A stretch of DNA of 64,000 nucleotides from Acutalibacteraceae bacterium. Its GTDB lineage: Bacteria > Bacillota > Clostridia > Oscillospirales > Acutalibacteraceae. A model generated the notes under the pieces. The model had not been told where the DNA came from, did no database searches, and was given only the letters and a program-made list of their open reading frames with translations. This document shows positions 27,833 through 35,659 of the stretch, piece after piece (positions within the stretch are counted from its first letter, which is position 1; every line of letters starts with the position of its first letter). The stretch spans positions 5,670 through 69,669 of the forward strand of contig JAZNYZ010000003.1 in the NCBI GenBank assembly GCA_045594685.1, given 5' to 3'. Both the position numbers and the translations under genes were made by a program.

Positions 27833-27869
27833 GAGCTTTTTAAGAAACTGAATGTCAGATAATAGTGGC

Positions 27870-28090
27870 AGGAATAAGCACGGGGGCATAAATACCCCTG
27901 TGCGACCACTTCGGACGGCGACGCCGACCGAAAAAGCCCGATTCTACGGGGGTTGTGGGCATTGTGTGTCACTACATACTTTGGCGCCTTTGACGGTATC
28001 GGTTGTGTCACTCAGAGCGCTCCAAATTCGAGAAAAATCGCCGTGAATGCCGATGTTACGGGGTTTCAAGAGTGTTAAATCGGAGCCGTT
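27870..28090 (+). other. GC-rich structured non-coding region with two pairs of direct repeats
   Basis: By eye about 50 percent GC against a much more AT-rich background. 9-bp hairpin gcacggggg/cccctgtgc (27877-27902). tgtgtcact at 27965 and 28004. tacgggg(g)tt at 27945 and 28057. Confidence 0.5.
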
Positions 28091-28126
28091 GAGTGTGTAT
28101 TACTAAAAAAGAAAGGAGGTTTTAGC

Positions 28127-28597
28127 ATGATAGGTGAAGATAAAATAAGAATCAGTCTTTATCTCGATAAAGATTTCGTTAAGAATGTTGATGAAGTTAT
28201 AAAGAAATATGGTTATGCTTCAAGAAGTGATTTCTTTAAAATTGCAGGAGAAAATCTCGCTGCAGACAGAGCTCTTCAGGAAAATGCAACTGCTATTTCA
28301 AGAAGATTGGCTTATGAAATCAACAAAAACGGTAAAGAAAATTCCAAAAGAATTTCACAAGGCTTCTTCAGATATGCAGTTCAGCTTGAAATGTTAATGA
28401 GAGTTGTTGCAAAAATTCTCGGAGCAACAGATGTTGATATTGATAAGATTCGTAAAGATTCGATCAGAAATGTTTACTATACAAAAGGCAGAGTAAACAT
28501 GGAAGAAATACTAAAAGATTATCAATATAAAAAGAACACAGAAGATGATTATGATTATAACTATGACTACATCTACGATGACGAATACAATTATTAA
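28127..28597 (+). CDS. Ribbon-helix-helix (CopG-like) domain protein with a Tyr/Asp-rich tail
   Basis: IRISLYLDKDFVKNVDEVIKKYGYASRSDFFKIAGENL resembles the RHH fold. RBS aaaggagg. Confidence 0.5.
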   Translation: MIGEDKIRISLYLDKDFVKNVDEVIKKYGYASRSDFFKIAGENLAADRALQENATAISRRLAYEINKNGKENSKRISQGFFRYAVQLEMLMRVVAKILGATDVDIDKIRKDSIRNVYYTKGRVNMEEILKDYQYKKNTEDDYDYNYDYIYDDEYNY

Positions 28598-28704
28598 ATA
28601 AGAAAGGTTAGTGATAAAGGTCGTGGCATTATGCCACGTCGATTTGTGAAAAAGAATACCTTACCTTGTCCCTTTAATATAAATGAAAGGGCAGGTGAGA
28701 GGGA

Positions 28705-28881
28705 TTGAGTAAGACTAAGATTGTTCGCTTGGAGCGAACAGAATTTAAGTTGAGCAAAGAGGAAAAAGAAGAGTATGAAAAAGCATTGCTTTTATCTCTT
28801 TATCAATCCCTCTTTGATGAAGGCAAAATATCATTCGAGCAGTTAAAATATTTGGAAAATATGAACTGTAAATATTGGTGA
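28705..28881 (+). CDS. 58-aa hypothetical protein (below the ORF-track cutoff)
   Basis: TTG start after the RBS gtgagaggga. Translation LSKTKIVRLERTEFKLSKEEKEEYEKALLLSLYQSLFDEGKISFEQLKYLENMNCKYW. Confidence 0.4.
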   Translation: MSKTKIVRLERTEFKLSKEEKEEYEKALLLSLYQSLFDEGKISFEQLKYLENMNCKYW

Positions 28882-28974
28882 TTGTGGTGATAGATATATG
28901 CCGAAAATTATAGTATTGTTGGGTTGGCAGTGGTGTGAGCTACTGCCAACCATATAAAGAATAGGAGGTTAAAA

Positions 28975-30726
28975 ATGAATTTAAGAACTGATAGAATTTT
29001 AAAAGTCGCAGTGTATTGTAGAGTGTCAACCGACAAGGATGACCAGGCAAACTCCCTTGAAAGTCAGCAAAAATATTTCACGGAATACATAAAACGAAAT
29101 CCTATGTGGGAGCTTTATGATGTGTATGTTGATGAAGGATTATCAGGAACGAGTACTAAAAAACGAAAAGCGTTTAACAGAATGATGGTTGATGCTCAAC
29201 TGAAAAAGTTCGACCTTATCATCACAAAAGAGATAAGCCGTTTTGCAAGAAACACTCTTGATAGTATTTACTATACTCGTCAACTTAAGGAGTATGGAGT
29301 AGGGGTTATGTTTGCAAACGATAACCTGTTTACTCTTGACCCTGATGCAGAGCTTCGCCTTACAATTATGGCTTCCATAGCTCAGGAAGAAAGCCGAAAA
29401 ACTTCCGAAAGAGTTAAGTGGGGTCAGAAAAGACGAATGGAACAAGGTGTTGTGTTCGGACGGAATATGTTAGGATATAATGTTCGCGAAGGTAAGCTTT
29501 ATGTGGATAAAGATGGCGCAAAGGTTGTTCAAAAAATATTCCATAAATATGTGATTGAGCAAAAAGGTACATCCACCATTGCAAGAGAGCTTCGTGAAGA
29601 GGGCATACCAAGTTTCAATCATTCGGAATGGACTAACACCGTAATACTCAGGATACTGAGAAATGAAAAGTATTGCGGAGACCTGATTCAGAAGAAAACT
29701 ATTACACCCAATTATCTTACACACGAAAAAGTGATAAACAATGGTCAGGAAGATTTTATAATTATAAGAAATCATCATGAGCCTATTATCACCCGTGAAC
29801 TTTTTGAAATGGCTCAAATTGAAATGGCAAAGCGTTCGCCCTCGGAAGACAAACTTGCTAAGCTTGGAAGACGATACTGCTTCTCAGGGAAAATCAGATG
29901 TGCCGAGTGCGGTCATAACTTTGTGTATCATGATAAAAAGTTAGCAAGCGGAAATCGATATAAATTCTGGGAATGCTACAACAAAAAGAAATATGGCAAA
30001 AGAAAAAGAATTGATATTTCAAGTGGTAAAGAGGTGGGGTGTGACTGTAAACCTATTTCGGACAAAGATTTGAAACTGATTATGCAGAGTATTATTGAGA
30101 TGCTTCAAATCAATTCCGATTCCATTCTCAGAACTATGAAAACTCAACTTTCTGAAGTGTTCAGTATGGACGGACTTGAGGACTATGAAACTAAAAAAGC
30201 AAGTCTTGATTCGTTGAAAGAAAAAAGAAATGCATTGGTTGATTTGTATCTTGATGAATGCATAACGAAGGATGAATTTAAAGAAAAAGCTCTGAGTATG
30301 GACCGGGAAATTGAGCGTCAGGAAGAAGCATTGGGAGAACTCAGTAGGTATAAGTTTGAGAAAAAAGAGTTTAAGACAGTTGTTAATGAATGCCTGAAAT
30401 ATGCTGATGATTTTATCAAAAGCAGTGAAATATCTGATGAATTTATAAAAGCAATTCTTGAAGAAATGGTTATTCGCAAAAACAAGGTGATTGAGGTGAA
30501 ATTAAAGCTGATTCCCGGAAAGTGGAAGTTTGCAATCGAGTCAGTTACCAAAAATAAGAATCAGAAACATAGTGAGGAAATGCCACTAGTAACTGATGTG
30601 GATACCTGTGAAACGGAAGGGGAATTTAAGCCCCAAAAACGAAAAAAACAGGCAAAAAATGCCCCTAAAGACAATAAAGTTACTGATGTACCCACATCTG
30701 TAAGGAGTCCCTTTAATTCGGGGTAG
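28975..30726 (+). CDS. Large serine recombinase
   Basis: Resolvase catalytic motif VAVYCRVSTDKDDQANSLESQ, recombinase domain, and a Cys-rich zinc-ribbon/coiled-coil C-terminal region. The last ~13 codons are antisense to the catalase fragment. Confidence 0.9.
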   Translation: MNLRTDRILKVAVYCRVSTDKDDQANSLESQQKYFTEYIKRNPMWELYDVYVDEGLSGTSTKKRKAFNRMMVDAQLKKFDLIITKEISRFARNTLDSIYYTRQLKEYGVGVMFANDNLFTLDPDAELRLTIMASIAQEESRKTSERVKWGQKRRMEQGVVFGRNMLGYNVREGKLYVDKDGAKVVQKIFHKYVIEQKGTSTIARELREEGIPSFNHSEWTNTVILRILRNEKYCGDLIQKKTITPNYLTHEKVINNGQEDFIIIRNHHEPIITRELFEMAQIEMAKRSPSEDKLAKLGRRYCFSGKIRCAECGHNFVYHDKKLASGNRYKFWECYNKKKYGKRKRIDISSGKEVGCDCKPISDKDLKLIMQSIIEMLQINSDSILRTMKTQLSEVFSMDGLEDYETKKASLDSLKEKRNALVDLYLDECITKDEFKEKALSMDREIERQEEALGELSRYKFEKKEFKTVVNECLKYADDFIKSSEISDEFIKAILEEMVIRKNKVIEVKLKLIPGKWKFAIESVTKNKNQKHSEEMPLVTDVDTCETEGEFKPQKRKKQAKNAPKDNKVTDVPTSVRSPFNSG

Positions 30727-30803
30727 GGCATGGCGAAGCGTTGGGAGAGGTAGCGGAGTGATGCTCCGAGCTCACCATCGGGACCGCCATATTGCAAAAA
30801 GAT
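30687..30803 (-). pseudogene. Internal fragment (~39 codons) of a Mn-catalase / CotJC-family gene
   Basis: Minus-strand translation LQYGGPDGELGASLRYLSQRFAMPYPELKGLLTDVGT matches the CotJC region QYGGADGELAAALRYLNQRY...GLLTDIGT(EE). Similarity ends abruptly on both sides. Confidence 0.8.
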
Positions 30804-30809
30804 ATAATA

Positions 30810-32258
30810 TTAAGAGTAAAAATAAATGTCGAGGGTTGGCGGGGTGCTGGTTTTGTTATATACGATGCGGGATATGATTGTTCTGAGGGCATCGTTTTTC
30901 ATTTGTTCGCTGGCATCTGGAGCTTCGAGAATATCAATAACCTTTTTCACTTTCTTTTTATAGCCTTTGGCAGAAGGTGCTTTTGTGTTGGGTTTTGCTT
31001 TCTGCATTTCTTTTTCAATAGTGGCTATGGTTCGGTTGATTTGTTCTTTCTGCTCCTTGTACTCTTCAAGGGTGTCAACGCCTGTTGTATAAGCTTCTCT
31101 TATTTTTACAAGCTTTTGCTGCTCTCTTTTTAAAAGAGCCTCAAGGCTTTGGGTTTCGTCATTCTTTTTAGGTTCTGCAGGTTCGATATTGAAGGCTTCA
31201 TTTTCATAGGCTTGTTTTAGCAAATCGATTATGATTGCATTTGCTTTTTTGATTGAAAGAGAGTGAGAAACGTTGCAACCTCTTGAGCTTGAATAGTTGT
31301 GACATTGTACGCTGGGGCAGGCAGTGGAAAGGTGAACGAGGGTTGCACCACAATTCCCGCAGCGCAATAAACCTTTAAGCATAAAATCAACATTTTGATT
31401 TTGTCGCTGATATTTACGGAACTTCTTCCTGTTCTCTGCAAATATTGCTTCAGCTTTATCAAAGGTTTCCTGAGTAATAATAGCTTCGTGTTTGCCGTCA
31501 ACTATTATATTGTTTTCATTATAATAATCTCTTTTGGAAGATGCTCTGCCCTCTGTGCACCAGCGAATCTTACCGGCATAAACAGGATTATGGAGAATGT
31601 ATTCTACATAACGTCTGTCAGGGGCATTACCTCTCGTTGTTTTTACTCCCAAATTCTGAAGCCAACGGGTTATTTCGTTTATATTAGTACCGTTTATAAA
31701 TTTATTGAAGATTTCTTTTACAATAGGAGCTTGTTCCGGGTGGGGAAAATACTGCTTATCCTTCATCAGGTACCCGAAAGCAGGAGCACAGAGAGGTTCG
31801 CCCCTATTTGCTTTCTCGGTCATACCTCTTTTTACTTCTTCAGCAAGGTTGATTGAATAATATTCATCCCAAGCTTCGTAAACAGATTCAAGAATAATTG
31901 AAGATTTATCATTACTTAATTGTTCGGAAATTGATATAACATCAATTCCACAATCTATACGAAGTATGGATTTATATGAAACGCTGTCTTGTCTGTTACG
32001 GGCAAAACGGGAGAATTTCCAAACAAGAATAGCATCGAAGGGCTTGGGTTTTGTTTTAGCAATACCTATCATGCGCATAAAGGCGGGACGTTTGGTAGCT
32101 GTTTTACCACTTATGCCTTCGTCTATAAAAATATAATCTTCAGGAAGAATATAGTTATTCCTTTTAGCAAAATCCCTGATGTGCTTTAATTGGGAATCGG
32201 GGGAGTACTCCAGCTGGTCGTCTGTGCTTACCCTAATGTAAGCGGCGGCTATTTTCAT
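30810..32258 (-). CDS. Large serine recombinase (prophage integrase)
   Basis: AAAYIRVSTDDQLEYSPDSQ catalytic motif, recombinase domain, and a CGNCG...C...C zinc ribbon. Confidence 0.9.
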   Translation of the reverse strand: MKIAAAYIRVSTDDQLEYSPDSQLKHIRDFAKRNNYILPEDYIFIDEGISGKTATKRPAFMRMIGIAKTKPKPFDAILVWKFSRFARNRQDSVSYKSILRIDCGIDVISISEQLSNDKSSIILESVYEAWDEYYSINLAEEVKRGMTEKANRGEPLCAPAFGYLMKDKQYFPHPEQAPIVKEIFNKFINGTNINEITRWLQNLGVKTTRGNAPDRRYVEYILHNPVYAGKIRWCTEGRASSKRDYYNENNIIVDGKHEAIITQETFDKAEAIFAENRKKFRKYQRQNQNVDFMLKGLLRCGNCGATLVHLSTACPSVQCHNYSSSRGCNVSHSLSIKKANAIIIDLLKQAYENEAFNIEPAEPKKNDETQSLEALLKREQQKLVKIREAYTTGVDTLEEYKEQKEQINRTIATIEKEMQKAKPNTKAPSAKGYKKKVKKVIDILEAPDASEQMKNDALRTIISRIVYNKTSTPPTLDIYFYS

Positions 32259-32395
32259 TTATTCTCACCTTCACCCTTGTTTTGCTCTGATAATTGATTA
32301 TAAACTTCGTCTAAAGCTTTAAAGACTTCTTTCATAAATTTATCAGTTGTTTCATTTTCAGAAAGTTTAAAATCGTCAATAGATTTCTTTGACAT
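32255..32395 (-). CDS. 46-aa hypothetical protein (lysogeny operon)
   Basis: Its stop overlaps the recombinase ATG (ATGA). Translation MSKKSIDDFKLSENETTDKFMKEVFKALDEVYNQLSEQNKGEGENK. Confidence 0.4.
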   Translation of the reverse strand: MSKKSIDDFKLSENETTDKFMKEVFKALDEVYNQLSEQNKGEGENK

Positions 32396-32543
32396 TTTTC
32401 TCACCGTCCTTTTTTAGTGAATTTATAATTTTGTTTAGTTCTTCAGGATGAGAGCGGATGTACTCAATGAGTTGAGCTTCATCCCAAGATAGATTTGATT
32501 TTTGGAGAATGTAGTCAGGGATGTGTTCGTCAGATGTTTTCAT
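32376..32543 (-). CDS. 55-aa hypothetical protein (lysogeny operon)
   Basis: Starts 4 nt after the upstream stop. Translation MKTSDEHIPDYILQKSNLSWDEAQLIEYIRSHPEELNKIINSLKKDGEKNVKEIY. Confidence 0.4.
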   Translation of the reverse strand: MKTSDEHIPDYILQKSNLSWDEAQLIEYIRSHPEELNKIINSLKKDGEKNVKEIY

Positions 32544-32546
32544 TTT

Positions 32547-33431
32547 TTATTTTGAATTTCTTCTAATTATCACACAAGAATGACCTCTATAGCCTTGACT
32601 TTCTGCATATTCAATGTTGTGGACATAATAAGAATCAGCATTTTGGAATTCTTCACAATCGTAGGTATGATAGTGATAAGAATCATTTGCATCTATAAAA
32701 GCTAATTTATTGTCTAAAAAATAGGCCTTGGAAAAATCCTTAATTGCTTTTGACTTATAGTTATCGTATTCATCTTCAAGACTTTCATATTCTATAAGAC
32801 TATCGTTATATTTGTTCTTGTAATACTCTGTAAGTTCTTTTTCTTTAGCAACATCATTTTCAAGCTCTGAAACATAAACTGCCAAAAGAATATTTGCAAT
32901 GAGTGAAAAGCAGAGTACAACACAAAGAACAATTGTAGTAATTTTGAAACTTCTGGGTGTAGGTTTTTTATGAGCTTCCTTTAATAAGCGTTTTTGTTCC
33001 TTGTAAATTCTACGAGCAGCCTTTTTTCTATCTTTGTATGATAAAGGTATTGTATTTTCAGTTTGTGTTGTTTCAGTGTTATTTTCTTGTGGTGGAGTAT
33101 AACGTGCATTATCAGAGATTGCCTCTGATGTTTCTGTAACAGTCACAGTTGCAAGTTCCGTATTGCTCTTTATATCAGATTTTTTTATTTTCTTTTCTAA
33201 TTTTTTATAATAGTATTCGTCCCATATTTCACCGGATTTTTTACAAAGATATAAAGATACAATATAGCAAAGCGTTGTAGGTAAAAAACCTAATAAGATA
33301 TTACCCATTTTTAATAGTGAAATAAAAAGAGTTATCAGAAATAAAATAAACAACCAAATAAAACATTTACCAATAATGCGTATAAAAGACTGTTTTTTTG
33401 TTATGTTTTCCTTTTCCTTCAAAGTTCCCAC
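32547..33431 (-). CDS. Membrane protein with a C-terminal Cys/His (Ada-Zn-like) motif; prophage-expressed, possible exclusion function
   Basis: Two or three TM segments in the N-terminal part and one mid-protein TM. C-terminal YHTYDC...AESQGYRGHSC. Co-oriented immediately downstream of the repressor gene. Confidence 0.5.
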   Translation of the reverse strand: MGTLKEKENITKKQSFIRIIGKCFIWLFILFLITLFISLLKMGNILLGFLPTTLCYIVSLYLCKKSGEIWDEYYYKKLEKKIKKSDIKSNTELATVTVTETSEAISDNARYTPPQENNTETTQTENTIPLSYKDRKKAARRIYKEQKRLLKEAHKKPTPRSFKITTIVLCVVLCFSLIANILLAVYVSELENDVAKEKELTEYYKNKYNDSLIEYESLEDEYDNYKSKAIKDFSKAYFLDNKLAFIDANDSYHYHTYDCEEFQNADSYYVHNIEYAESQGYRGHSCVIIRRNSK

Positions 33432-33437
33432 TCCTTA

Positions 33438-34094
33438 TCAAGAATTTCTAATAACGCTGGTAAAAGCTACTGCTTTACCAAGAATTTTTATTTGATTAAG
33501 CTGTTCATCGGTGTAAACCATATCTGCATACATTGGGTTGCAGGGGGAGAGGGTAAGTTTGTTCTTTGCTTTATACACCTTTTTCAATGTAGCTTCATTA
33601 TCTATAAGAACGGCGGCAATTTCACCGTTCTCAACATCGGGCTGAGGACGGATATAAACAACGTCACCGTCAAAGATGCGGGCAGTAATCATACTGTCAC
33701 CCTTGCATTTAAGTGCAAAGGTTGCGTCAGAGTTCTCATCAATAGAAATATATGCATCAATATTCTCTTCAGCAAGAATAGGTTCTCCGCAGGCAATAGT
33801 GCCGAGCAGGGGAATCTTTTTCATTTTAGGAATACGCATAATTCCGGGAATAGAAAAAATATCATCTGCTACAGTATTCTGGTAATCACGACTATCATCG
33901 ATTAAATATTCCAAAGAAACATTAAGTATAGTTGCATATTCTTTAGCAATTGAAATCTTTGGTGTTCGTTGGTCGTTTTCATATCTGCTTATCACTTGCT
34001 TCGATGTATTTAAAATTTTAGCTAATTCTTCTTGTGTTAAGTCACGTTCTAATCTAATTTGTTTTAATTTTGCACCAAAAGTCAAATTAATCAC
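33438..34094 (-). CDS. Phage cI/LexA-like repressor (XRE HTH plus S24 peptidase)
   Basis: HTH LTQEELAKILNTSKQVISRYE. S24 core KGDSMITARIFDGDVVYIRPQ...ATLKKVY. Confidence 0.9.
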   Translation of the reverse strand: MINLTFGAKLKQIRLERDLTQEELAKILNTSKQVISRYENDQRTPKISIAKEYATILNVSLEYLIDDSRDYQNTVADDIFSIPGIMRIPKMKKIPLLGTIACGEPILAEENIDAYISIDENSDATFALKCKGDSMITARIFDGDVVYIRPQPDVENGEIAAVLIDNEATLKKVYKAKNKLTLSPCNPMYADMVYTDEQLNQIKILGKAVAFTSVIRNS

Positions 34095-34122
34095 CTACCT
34101 GTACCTGCATTATATAGTGTTT

Positions 34123-34229
34123 TGTCACCAAAATCAAGACAAAATTCAAAAAAATCAAAAAAATGTCACCAAAGTATTGACAAAATAAAAATGTTGTGTT
34201 ATTTTATGGTTGTCACCAAATGGTTGACA
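34123..34229. promoter_or_regulatory. Divergent immunity region: three TGTCACCAAA operator repeats and a TTGACA -35 box
   Basis: tgtcaccaaa at 34123-34132, 34164-34173 and 34211-34220. TTGACA at 34177-34182 and 34224-34229. Confidence 0.7.
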
Positions 34230-34248
34230 GAAAGCGAGTGAGATAAAA

Positions 34249-34476
34249 ATGAAGCAAATCACAGGATTAAAAAATGAGATTTTAAGCGTTTATAAAAGGG
34301 AATCGAACTGTGCAAAAGCAATCGGTTGGCCGAGGCAAAAACTGAATAAAATAACAAATGGAGATAAGGAACCAACAGTTGAAGAGTTAAATGCTATTGC
34401 TATAGCATTAGATAAACCTATTAGCTATGTGGTTTCATTTTTTTTACCCAACGAGTCACCAAATAGGCAACAGTAA
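34249..34476 (+). CDS. Cro-like HTH regulator
   Basis: 75 aa, divergent from the repressor. HTH NCAKAIGWPRQKLNKITNG. Confidence 0.7.
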   Translation: MKQITGLKNEILSVYKRESNCAKAIGWPRQKLNKITNGDKEPTVEELNAIAIALDKPISYVVSFFLPNESPNRQQ

Positions 34477-34527
34477 TATATAATACCGTACAACCAATGA
34501 TACATAAAAATAAAAGGGGGTGTGAGT

Positions 34528-34713
34528 ATGGCGAAAGGTCAACAGATAGTCGGAAGAATATTTTTAGAAAATTCCGAGACGGGTGAGGTCAAGCCCTGGG
34601 AAGAGCTGACCGAAAAGGAAATAAATAATTTCAGAAAAAACTCTGCCAAGAGGATGGGCGAATCTCTTTCGCGGTATTTCACACAGCACCCGGAGGAGTA
34701 TGCACGAATATGA
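34528..34713 (+). CDS. Hypothetical phage protein
   Basis: ATG 34528 lies 7 nt after aagggggtg. Confidence 0.5.
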   Translation: MAKGQQIVGRIFLENSETGEVKPWEELTEKEINNFRKNSAKRMGESLSRYFTQHPEEYARI

Positions 34714-35222
34714 ACAGTCGATTATTTCAGGACTTTATATTTTTAACCTGCTGGACGTTGGCGATAGGCTTTTGCACCCTGCACGAAAAGGACCTTATTA
34801 AGCTTGAGCGTAAGCTCTGGCGGATAATAAAAAAATATGCACGGGCTTTCATCAGAAGTGTTGAAGCCTGCATAGCGGAAAGGAAAGGTAATATGTTTAT
34901 TATTCTCAAATCACCCGGACAAGAGCCGGAGCACAGACACAACATCGGAAACACATTTAAAGCTATTGCAAGGGAGCTCGATTCAGAAAACCCGAACAGC
35001 CTTGAAGTAATGCCAGGTATTTATATGTGCTATGACAGTGACGGATTTGCAAAGAGTCTTGCACCCTGTATGGCTGACGACAGAGCAGATAAGATTTACT
35101 ACGGTAATGTTGCATTTTATGCAATGGATCCAAAAGAAAAAAATCTTCGTTGCCTTACACAGAGAGAAGCTAAGCTTGTGTGCGATTACATAGAAAAATA
35201 CAGGGCGGACAAGCTCAATTAA
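34710..35222 (+). CDS. Hypothetical phage protein
   Basis: ATGA overlap with the upstream gene. Hydrophobic N-terminal segment. Confidence 0.5.
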   Translation: MNSRLFQDFIFLTCWTLAIGFCTLHEKDLIKLERKLWRIIKKYARAFIRSVEACIAERKGNMFIILKSPGQEPEHRHNIGNTFKAIARELDSENPNSLEVMPGIYMCYDSDGFAKSLAPCMADDRADKIYYGNVAFYAMDPKEKNLRCLTQREAKLVCDYIEKYRADKLN

Positions 35223-35255
35223 AATATAAAGACTGCCCGGAAAGTCGGGCAATAT

Positions 35256-35423
35256 GCAGGGGCGGGAGCCGGTTAGATTTTCCCATAATAAAAATGTGCA
35301 AGGCTTGAGCAACCTTGCACATCACTCCTTCGGATTAGTCCAAAAAATATTAATAAAATCTGCGAACACTGTAATTATTAACACTTTATAACCGTGGCGG
35401 TTCAACTCCGCCACCCTGCACCA
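35256..35423 (+). ncRNA. tRNA-like element: canonical T-arm, acceptor and CCA, with about 95 extra internal nucleotides (non-canonical)
   Basis: GGCGG-TTCAACT-CCGCC (35396-35412), then ACCCTGC-A-CCA (35413-35423). The 5' GCAGGG (35256-35261) pairs with CCCTGC. GGGA/TCCC forms a D-like stem. There is a 9-bp internal hairpin at 35295-35321. Confidence 0.35.
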
Positions 35424-35443
35424 CCTAAAATTAAATAAAGAAG

Positions 35444-35644
35444 TTGTTAAAATTGGCGGAAAGGAAATACGATTGTTCAAAAACGAGCGATTATTTAAAG
35501 GTTAAGATTTGCCAGAACCATAATTGCGAAAAGTGTTTGTTCCGTAAAGAATACGGAAATGGCGGATGCTTTGAAGCGGAAGCTAATGAACCCGAAAAAG
35601 CAATTGAAATCGCACAAAAATATTCGGAAGGAAAAATCGAGTAA
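35444..35644 (+). CDS. Small Cys-rich phage protein
   Basis: CQNHNCEKC...GGC pattern. TTG start, weak RBS. Confidence 0.4.
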   Translation: MLKLAERKYDCSKTSDYLKVKICQNHNCEKCLFRKEYGNGGCFEAEANEPEKAIEIAQKYSEGKIE

Positions 35645-35659
35645 AGGAGCTGTTTGTCT

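Larger units (their letters stand above)
24540..30690. mobile_element. Core module of a large-serine-recombinase integrative element; left boundary not identified
   Basis: Same-strand set: PD-(D/E)xK protein, sigma-like HTH, RecA-fold ATPase, RHH protein, small protein and recombinase. The recombinase 3' end abuts the disrupted catalase fragment. Confidence 0.55.

Noticed and set aside
27739-28046. Two mutually antisense ORFs (64 aa on the plus strand, 90 aa on the minus strand)
   Set aside because: There is no RBS. The ORFs arise from the local GC-rich stretch, and their composition is Pro/Arg/Gly-rich and unlike neighbouring proteins. The region is treated as non-coding structured DNA or RNA.
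30792-31133. 113-aa plus-strand ORF
   Set aside because: It is antisense to the 3' part of the prophage serine recombinase gene. Its Phe/Cys-rich sequence is typical of reverse-frame artefacts.
35256-35423. Canonical tRNA or tmRNA call
   Set aside because: No 76-95-nt cloverleaf can be drawn. There is only one nucleotide between the acceptor and the D-like stem, and the putative anticodon hairpin has a 9-nt loop. For a tmRNA, there is no G3:U70 pair and no tag ORF ending in a hydrophobic A-A-type tail. It is kept only as a tRNA-like element.
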